A stretch of DNA of 64,000 nt, taken from NCBI GenBank assembly GCA_003344405.1, contig NOWV01000138.1, positions 1 to 64,000 of the forward strand, in the 5' to 3' direction. The position numbers and the translations under genes were made by a program. This stretch comes from Trichoplax sp. H2. Lineage: Eukaryota. The notes beneath the pieces are model-generated. The model had not been told where the DNA came from and ran no database searches. It saw nothing but the letters and a program-made list of their open reading frames with translations. Shown one piece after another: positions 54,501 to 64,000 of the stretch. Every line of letters begins with the position of its first letter. The stretch's first letter is position 1.

Positions 54501-57350
54501 TACGCGAATATGGATTTTATATTTTCCTGCTTGATGCAATGTAAAGGAAATATTGACGATATGCGGCAGTAATCGGTTTTCGTTGATATCAGAAACGATG
54601 CCAATAGGATTTCCAAGTGGATTCAACATTTCTACTTCTAGGTTAGTTTGTGGTGTGATTGGACAGGCTTGGCCTACCAAAGATACTTGCTATTAAGGTT
54701 AAAAAATGGAATTAGCATGAGGTCTATGTTGATACTATCTAAAGAATAAATGAGATTGTAACATATAGTATCATTTTGCTTTAGCTCGATCTTTAAGAGG
54801 AGAAGAAAGAAATTTAGAATAACTCGTTGATTATATTATCATGCTGTTACTGATTTGGTACCTACCGATATAGAAAATTTCAAAGTGCCACCAACGACTT
54901 TTGGATCTTTCCACTGCCATGTGACATTGAAATGATTTGCAAATTTACTACGAATATTTTTTATTGCTTTGATTGGATTTAGCTTGGATACTTGTTTAGC
55001 CACATCATTGACAGTACCAACGTTATGATTTCGAAATAATAGTGCTTCAACATAGACACCAACATAAATAATGGAATCTGCTACAAGTTTTAGATTGCGA
55101 GTGCAAATAATACGCCAGCGAAATAAAAGCGATATACCAAGAATAATAATTGTATATTGGAGGACTAAAGCAAAAAATAAAATTAAGATTAATCAATTAA
55201 ATATAATGATGGTTATATTAGCTTGTGATAACGTGATCTTCAAAACAGTAAATCAAGATCTACAGTTTCTTGCAAATTTCACTTTATTATAGAAGTTAGT
55301 TTCGTCTAACTACCAAGGACTATCTGACTATCTGACAATCTACTTATTACAGCAAAATTCACGATTTATATACGATTAGTTACAGAATGCTTTTACTGTA
55401 ACAAATCTTATCTTGCCCATTAAGTCGCAAGATCAGATCTAAATTTATATATGTATAGCTATACTATAAAGGAGCAAGCAAGCCGAAGTAAAAACACGTC
55501 TTTACTTATTTGCTATTAACCTGAAGTTTATCATTACCACATAGAGAGCTAAGAACAATTTAGTTAAGACAGCTGCTCGCTTTGACAAACTTCTTATGCG
55601 AATGCAATAGATTGACTTTTCAGATGATTACTTAAAATGGCCTATAATATCCGTACTCGTCTTATTAAAGCAAATGTTCATCTTGAGTTATTCACTAGAA
55701 TATAATCCATGCATTATAATTAAATGATGAAGAAGTAAAAGTAGGGGAAAAGAACAAGGTAGATAGCTGATTAAATTATTTCATTCTTACTTAGTGATGG
55801 TTCATGGTATTAGCTTGTAAAGAAGCTACATTGTGCGTCATGATTGCACGATAGAGAAGTTGGAAGCAGAGGAAAGAGCAAGGTAGGTTGTTGATTGAAT
55901 CATTCTGTTTTTACTTAGTGACGGTTCATGCCACAAGTGTGTAAATGGGCTAAATTGTACATCATGATTGCAAGATGGAAAACTGGAAGCTGGGGAAAAG
56001 GACAAGGTATGTAGCTGATTGAGTTATTCCATTCTTAGTAATGGTTAATGGCACTAGCGTGTAAAAGGAGCTGATCTGTGCATCATGATTGCATAATGGA
56101 GAACTGGAAGCAGGGGAAAAGGACAAGGTAGGTAGCTGATTGAGTCATTCTATTCTTAGTGATGGTTCATGGCACTAGCTTATGAAGGAGCTAATGTATA
56201 CATCCTGATTGCATAATGGAAAACTAATGGTAGAGATAAATGACAAGGTAGATAGCTAATATAATTATTGCGCATTTAGTAATGGCGCTAGCCTGTAAGG
56301 GAGCTTACTAATAGTAGCCATCCTAAGTTTTGAGTTTTAAATATGAATTTAAGTTGATATTACTCGTCACATTTAATTTTACAGTTTTCAATAAGATTAA
56401 ATCAAATTATCGTTCATTTTACCTGGATAAGCAATAGAAAGAGCGTAAATGACGATCGGGCCATTCCATATAGAACTTGCCATTTCTTCAATTTCCTCTA
56501 CCAGAGATTGAATGGCTAATTTTAACTTTGCATTTTCTTGTCCGGTAACATCATGAGAGGTTAATTCGTTCAACTTTGCTTCGCTTAATTGGATCACTTT
56601 GCGGACATTATCCACTCCCATATCGAATAATTTGATAGCATAATTTTGCAGACTATAACGTTTTAGCCAATTGACAAATTTCAATCGTTCTCGTAATCTG
56701 ATCACTGCTGCATTGATGCGATCAATCTTAGAATGATCTAGTTGGCTAAATGCAATATATTGGTGTAGTCGATCGAGATCAAGATTAGCACAAGCATCCA
56801 AGGATACGATTCCTAAGGTAAAAAAGTCAGCATATTCCCATTTTGATACTTATTATAGAATGAATATCGGTCAAGTAAAGAGTGATCTAGATTAAATTGG
56901 TGACTTTAATAGAATAGGAATATCTTTTACTGAGCTGAGAGGTTAATACTATTTAAAATATCCGATATTAGTGAATAGATAATCCTATCCAGTAACGTGA
57001 ACCTCTTATTCAGTTCCATAAAGCAATAATGAAAATTTAAATGTACTAATAAAGCCTATTGGAATATGGAATGGATAGGGTCTTGATCGGTTGGTCTATT
57101 AGATTACCTTCCTATTCAACTACTCTTCTATGCAGTATAGTGTAAGCAATCTACGTTAACCTCTTAGCTTACCTTCCATCCAAAAAGCATCTTCAAAATC
57201 GGATAATCCGTTCTCGCTAAGCCATAACGAGATGGATTGAAACTTTTCGCTGTTGATGTGATATCTCCAGTATGAAATTAGACCGATCATAGCCAAAATC
57301 AGCGTGCAGATGGTGTAAAATACCTTCCTCGCTTGATTAATACTTGCCAT
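48510..57350 (-). CDS. AREL1: AREL1-like filamin-repeat HECT E3 ubiquitin ligase with an extended N-terminus
   Basis: Filamin repeat (FTLHQAGKYKIHI..DG.EI..SPFQK.F); IKFQGEQAEDLGGVLREWF, ARFTRS, DDPEF, LLSIFDENELE, LLQFVTGCSQLP, PTAHTC/FN (catalytic Cys split by an intron), EGSEGFGMS*. Confidence 0.92.
55735..56305. repeat. About five copies of a ~118 bp tandem repeat in an AREL1 intron
   Basis: ggaaaaggacaaggtag.tagctgattga...cttagtgatggttcatgg...catgattgca repeated. Confidence 0.92.
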
Positions 57351-59039
57351 GCCTGAGAATGTCCTACAACTATATAGAAATGAATGCAGTCAATCAGTGC
57401 ATACTAGAGATTACTTTACGGTCTATTTCTTTACTAGTCTACTTTTCTTCATTGCATTTTGGAATCCAATAAATCAAGATTCCTTTTCAATTAATACTAG
57501 CATTACTTTGCAGTATGATGAATTAGCAATCAGTCTACTTTTCTTCACTGTATTTTTAAATCGAACGAATCAGAGTTTCTTTCAATTATAAATTAAAGCG
57601 ATGCTACTAAGCCATCACTAGCAATTTGATAACGTCTGTAAAAAAGAAAGTAACCGGCATACATAGAGTGGAAGCACTTATCAAGGCCATCCGTAATCAT
57701 CAATGCTCATTGATAACCTCCCTCTATGGGCTACCAAAAAAAAACTAACCGATTTATGGTGATTCGAGATTTTGTAGCATAGATACGGTATTAAAACACT
57801 CAGTAGCGGTGATAGTACTAGCAGATTTTATAAATGGGATGCTACAATTTTCTCCTCGTTACAAATTCCGATTTGTAGTAGGATGCCATCATCAGGGATG
57901 ATAAAAATGCTGATTCTATCTGTTCTAAAGACAGCAACCGATATTCGGTGGTAGCATTTGAAAATTGAATCCAATGCGATACTCAAATAATTAGTAGAGC
58001 GATCATATCATCAACAATTAGCATTCATGTCGTGGTGTTGCAATAGAGAAATAGATGCCAAAATCTTTCAAAATAATTGACAAGAAAATCTTTGTAGTCG
58101 CAGGCATTTAATTTTAATGAGCCTAAAGATGTAACTCTTCATTCCATACTAAATCTGTTCAAGAACGGTATATTCTATTCTAAAAGGGAGAGAAAGATAC
58201 TTGAAGGAAAAATTGGGATAGTCTACTGTATTCCTAGCGAGTGATCTGAACTCCATAACAAATCCATCGTAGTTATTTTGCCATTATAGATGCAGCCTTT
58301 GCGATATCAACAACCATCTCACTTTATCTGTTCAAAAGATGAGAACGGAAATACGTTAGAAGCATCTGCAGGCTCTGTAAAATAGTATGCTAAAGGACTC
58401 CATCAATGATGATTATAATAGCCATAACTAGCAATCTCACTTTATCTGATCAGCATCAAGTCAAGATTGTCTGTTAGATCCTGTAGAGGCCATTATGGCA
58501 GAAAAATTGTCAACTATAAATGTAACATTCATTAGCACATTTTTCTACCAAAATTAGGATAGATGACCATAGAAGCTTAGTATGCCAATACACTATTCTT
58601 CCTGATCAATGTAAGGCAAGGGATATTATACTCATTATCGCCATTGCCTTTGGAAATGGAATGTCTCTTTTTTCTTGTCTTCATGGGTCGATGATATTGA
58701 ACTAAAACCAGGTAGAGTTTATTATATATGGGCAGGATTGGAGTAATGCTCTAGTCAATGCATTTACGTTTATTACTGGGGATAAATTTTGAATCCTTTA
58801 GCTTTTATGAAAACGTTAAGAAGTGGACTGGATTTTTTCTTTTAGTAATTCTTGATTGGATTCGTATGTCGACATGGTGGATCATACCCAAGATGGACAG
58901 GTTAGCCTATCTGTTTGCAGCTATTCTGATATTACGGTTGAGGAAGACAAAAATTAGGGACTGCACTCAAGAGAAAATCTTACAACAAACGTGTCGATCA
59001 ACTTGCTCATTAAGAGTTTCAAGGATTTCTTAGCATGAT

Positions 59040-60640
59040 GGAACGCATTTAAAAGCCATTCTAGCAAGAAAGTATCCTCAATGCAGAAAATATAAAATGA
59101 TGGTATTCAAACTTTGACGGTATCGTTCAAGGTAAAAATAGTATTTGAAAACCCACTTATTTATGCTTTTCTTTTGCATTATTTTAGCCAGTTGTGCGGC
59201 AGTTATAAGCCATCAAAGTATAAAATCGAATGTCTTTAATCCAATGGAAACTGCTTTATCGGTTTAGGGATCATTTCTTCCATAACAACTGGAAAGATAA
59301 TAACCTAATCGATTGCATTCGAACGCTTACTTTCCCATACTTTCCTCGGTCCCATTTTTACGATCGCGAAGAATCATTAAAAGTACTCGCTTATGTATCG
59401 TTATACTAATACACTAAGTCCGAACTGTAGCAAAATATCATGTCTGATAATTATAATTATAATAGGTAAGTTATAAGTTATAATAATCATAGATTACAAA
59501 TTATCAACATGTTATTGAAATACTTGTCTGTGTTGTATCTAGCAATTGAGTAAATTTCAATATCTGGATAAGTCGACGTTGCTATGGTACAAAACGATTC
59601 GTTACTATTCTAGCTCGAAAAGGAAAGTCTTAAGACCTCTTCAGCATTGCTCCACACGATCATTCAAATACTCTGCTAATATATCTTCAGCTCAACCTTC
59701 AAAAAAATCAATGAATAAGCCAAGCGCGAGCTGCAATTTATGAAAAGTATTACTAGTCAACCTCAAGATCCACCACAATTTATTGGTAGCACTGGTACGG
59801 CAGTAATTAGCCATCAAAGTCCAAGATTCAATGCCTTCAGTCAAGTAGAATTTACTTTATCGCTTTAGGGATCATTTCTTCAAAGTAATCTTAAAGCGAT
59901 TTATAAACTAAGAATTGTTAATTCCATATGAAAGCCCACTTTCCAATGAGGATTATTGCCACTTGTGTGACACAAATAAGCCATCAAAGTCCAGAATTGA
60001 AACCTTCATTCAAGTGGGAATAGCTTTTTTGGCTTAATATATCAAAATCAACTACACTAAAAGCCATATATAAATAATGCAACACCATCACTTGCATTTG
60101 AAAGCCCATTTTCCCTTGCTTTCCTCTGTCTCATATCTACCACTTATACATCAATGACAAGCTATTAAAGTGTAAAATCCAATGTTTTCCATGCTTGGAA
60201 GTTATTTTACGATTCAGAGATCAATTCTTAAAAGTATACTAAAAACTATTCCAGAAAAAAACTGAAAAGATAATTATTGATTGCATTTGAAAGCCCATTT
60301 TCCAATGCTTTGCTCAGCCCCATTTTTGCTACTTATGCCACACGAATATACCGTTGAATGTCTTCTTGAATGTCTTCAATCAAGTGGAAATGAGCAAATT
60401 ACTTTATCGAATTGCTTTATTGCTTTATTGCCTTATTTATTGCTTTATTTATTGCTTTATGACTGCAAAAGAAATCATGGATTCCATGTCAAAGCTCACT
60501 TTCTCATGCTTTCTTCAGTTCCATCTCGGCTAATTTGCGGCACTAATAAGCCATCAAAGCGCATTTGTACAGGATTGAAAGGCCTCCAATCTAATGGAAA
60601 TTGCTTTATCGGTTTTGTGATCAATTCTTTAAAATAAATT
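59040..60640. repeat. Degenerate ~170-200 bp tandem repeat
   Basis: gcatttgaaagcccattttcc...aagccatcaaagt...gctttatcg...gatcatttct at ~59141, 59315, 59923, 60093, 60283 and 60483. Confidence 0.8.
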
Positions 60641-61064
60641 AATAGCTATTCAAAAAAAACTGTCATGATAATTGGTTCCCATTGCCAATGAATTGAATTG
60701 TTAAGGACTCCATGAAAAGGAGATGATGGGTTGGCTGTCGGCTTCAAAGACAAGTTGCTAACGCTTTATAAAGCCAGTAATAACATCAATGGCGGACTCA
60801 ATTAAAGTTTTCAAATTAGAATCAATTAAAGTTTTTAAATTAGAATGAGCACTATACAAGACAACTGTCGCACTTATTGCTTAGCTTTTTATGTCAAAGT
60901 ACGCTTGATAAATGTAGTATCATGATGAAAAGGCATGTTTTCATCTTGGTCAGAGAGATGGATAGGGGCAGAGCCAATGTTTATCATGTCTATGTAGCCT
61001 ACACCAGGGTTATTAGCCAAAACTCAAGTTCATTTAGGAAATAAACTTGATATAGTTATAATTG

Positions 61065-61610
61065 CATAGCATGAATACGGTAAGATTTGGGGTATGGTAG
61101 TCGATTTGAATACAATGTCGTTGATTTGTTTATCTTTGCTTACATAAAAAATAACCAGCGGAACTCAAAGTTAATTTAAAAAATAATTCACCCTATATGA
61201 GAAATACGAGCAATGTATGGAGAGAAATCCATGTCTCTTTTTGGGTAGTGTTTTTCTTGTCGATGGTTGATTTGAAGAGATTAGAACCGACTAATTTAAC
61301 CTTACTGGCACACATTTATTAGTGGGAACTCAAATCTGATTTTAGAAATGATCAACTTGATTCATAGTCCATTGATAGGATAGACAAATATATAGCTTAT
61401 GGATTGAATTTTTTTATGGTAGCCATTTTAATACGCTCTCCTTCACGCATTTATCCTTGTTGACACCCCCCCCCCCAGGAAAAATTAAAAAAACGCTTGG
61501 AAGAAATGTTCATTTTAGAGATGATTGAAATAACTCTACCAATACCCTTTTGGTAGGACATGCACCGGACTTTCGGCTTTGGTCTCTCAAGGATAGAGGT
61601 CTATGTCTAT
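61065..61610 (+). pseudogene. Possible decayed Rho/Ras-like small GTPase exons
   Basis: SRFEYNVVDLFIFAY (beta4-like), W..EEIR...LLVGT, frameshift, KSDFRND (G4-like), and a second TLLVGHAPDFR. Confidence 0.35.
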
Positions 61611-64000
61611 TCAATATTATGGATCGTATTTTGCTATGCCATCATAGCTTTCAAAACACGAACGTTATGGCTAACACAAAATAACTAATCAGCAGAAACG
61701 ACACTCTAATTTGGATATTGATCAGTGCCCTCTATTTTGTAGGATAGATAAACGTGTCTATTTGTAGCCGTTAGCAGAGTAAACTATACATTATAATTCA
61801 AAGAATTGGAGTAATTGAAGGACATTTAGGCGGCCATAAGTATTCTCTAAAGATAGTATTATGTCATCGTAGCTTGTCCTATACTAGAACTCGCGCTATC
61901 ATTCTTGCTAACAGATATACCCCCCCCCAAAAAAAAAAAATAATAATCTGCGTAAAACTAGAGTTGGCTTTAAACCTTGATTATAATTATTATTCTATTT
62001 GTAGGATAGACATATATGTAAATCAATAACATCCATCAAGTTAAGTTAGCGATTGCTAATTGATACACACTAATGAGAAATAGTGACCACCAATCGTACC
62101 TTTCATGTGGCAGCAGCTTTTAACGCACTAAAACTCACGTTCTCATCAGTGCATGCATAAAAAATGATCAACTCAAATCAAAGTGAAATTTTACAAAAGG
62201 AAAACTGCGTAAATGCCCCATTTAGAGGACACGCCTCAGGAATAGAACTTATCATACTAATCCATTTCAGTATACTCTAACTCATGCTCTCATTTTTGTT
62301 GACCGGCGAAATAATCAAGGGAAATTCAAAATTTCTATTCCAAATCAACTTTAGTAGTAGTGACAATATGGAGGAAATGCTTGCAGGATAGACGTAAGTA
62401 GAAAAGTATGAAAGGGGGCTTTATTTTCGTCATTGGATAGGATGAATGATAGACCCTTTGACTAAAATGGCAGGTTAAACTAAATCAGCATTAAATTATG
62501 CATGGTATGGCAAGACTCGACTTGATCAATTTGGCAGTAAAAGCAGTACATTAAGAGAAATTATTCTACTTCACGAGTACATGGCTGCTTTTCACTGTAT
62601 AGTAATTCAGCTTTTATACCAATACTATCGGATTCAATCACAACCTAATGATGCCGTTACAAGAGCAAAACAACTTACCGTTATCCCTAACGAATAGCTG
62701 GCAATGGAAAAGGCTGTCAGCCTTGAATATCAATGTTGGCTGAAATAGTCGAAATGAGCACAGGCCAACTTTTTTTTCAGTGCAATAAGCAGATGATCAA
62801 TGGCCGCTTAACTACCTTCTATGATCTTTTATTATAAGTTGTATGTCGGAATAATATGCAACTCTTCATGGTGTTTTCTTTACTTGATTACGCTTCCTTT
62901 TCTTATCCCTGTCCTTACTCGCTATTAAATCAATATCGCCGTTGTTATGCAAATAATTTATTCAATAGCTTGATTACAGGACAATTCTGATCCATGTTCG
63001 CCTTTTATCGTACAATATTTAAATCAAGTCTCTCGAATACAGTAGAATTCGGCAGAAATGTAAACTAGATACAATAACAACTTGCATTGATGATTATTTC
63101 TGCATCGATTAGAAGGCAAAATACCGCTATTGATATAGTAGCACTGACCAACAGTATGCCGACTTTAATTTGTAGTCCTTTCAATCGTTTAGAAGGTGTT
63201 GTTAGACAGTAGACTGCAATAAGAAAAATATATTGATCAGGGTTGAAGGAATTTCCTGTCTTTCTTCTTTATTGAATGGATGTTTTAGTTTGTTTTTCGG
63301 TGTTTTCCTTTTCTACTGTGTCGATATTGTCCAATCTCTGGGTATTGATTGATCTTACCTTTCCTGTATTCTTTACATCGCCCAGAAGCAAGACGACTTT
63401 CTTTTTGCTATCTCGAAAGGATAATATTAGATCGATTTGATGTATTATTTAATCACGGTATAGCATAAATCAATCAATCCCTTCATTCCTTATTAGGATT
63501 ACATCTATCCTGTCTAGGCTATAACAGATTGTTGTTTGTTGTTGCCTCTTTTCATCCTTGCTAAGATTGAATTCCTTCAAATAACAATGTTTACGCTTGT
63601 TGCATGGAGATCTCGATTTCTTTGGTACTCTACTTCAGGATCGTTTAACTACCGTTCAAAATAGGAGCATAAGCTAAAATTAAATGCGTTATAGGTATTG
63701 ATTCCTACTACTGAAAAGATGATTTCTATCTAGCACTACCTCAATAGGAGTATAGGATTGAACTATCAAAAGAACTAGATTGTCCGTCCTCTTACAATTT
63801 CCAAATTAGCGATTACAATTTTATGCAAGGCTAATAACTGCATTTTGATGATTTGAATAAACAATTATGTAATACGTAAATCATTGCAAACTAGAGAATA
63901 GGAACATACATTATTAAGGGTTATAGTTTTATGATGGATCAAGTTTTAACTATTCCTTTAATAGCGTAGTTGGGATAAATTACGATAACAACAAAGGTCC

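Noticed and set aside
54690-54865. Second U12 intron (CCTTAA near the acceptor in AREL1)
   Set aside because: The donor is GTAGGT, a U2 type, and the motif abuts the AG.
55735-56305. CRISPR-like array
   Set aside because: Whole units are similar with no unique spacers, the context is a eukaryotic intron, and there are no cas genes.
61465-61940. Poly-C and poly-A runs as retro-insertion tails
   Set aside because: No target-site duplication or element body is visible.

Overview
AT-rich, intron-dense animal DNA with short GT-AG introns. The intronless GPCR array and the 'DHNHPNIA/GHIHPDVAK'-type TPR remnants point to a placozoan (Trichoplax-like) genome; this is an inference. From left to right: three 960-bp class A GPCR paralogues (the middle one inactivated), interleaved with decayed GIY-YIG and TPR fragments; a ZU5/HFS (PIDD/UNC5-like) pseudogene; a promoter-like island and tandem repeats; decayed GPCR remnants; an ornithine-decarboxylase-family gene; aprataxin head-to-head with an HTD2/MaoC dehydratase; an LRRC74-like LRR/EF-hand gene; ARL2; an RPS6KC1-like PX-MIT-pseudokinase; an AREL1-like filamin-HECT E3 ligase; and a repeat-rich end with possible small-GTPase remnants. 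The strongest leads are the ODC homologue with its catalytic Cys-Asp replaced by Val-Ser (candidate antizyme inhibitor, with an abutting uORF), two SAM-like domains between TM segments at the AREL1 N-terminus, and a clear U12-type intron in ARL2. All exon models and translations were done by eye; no database search was run.
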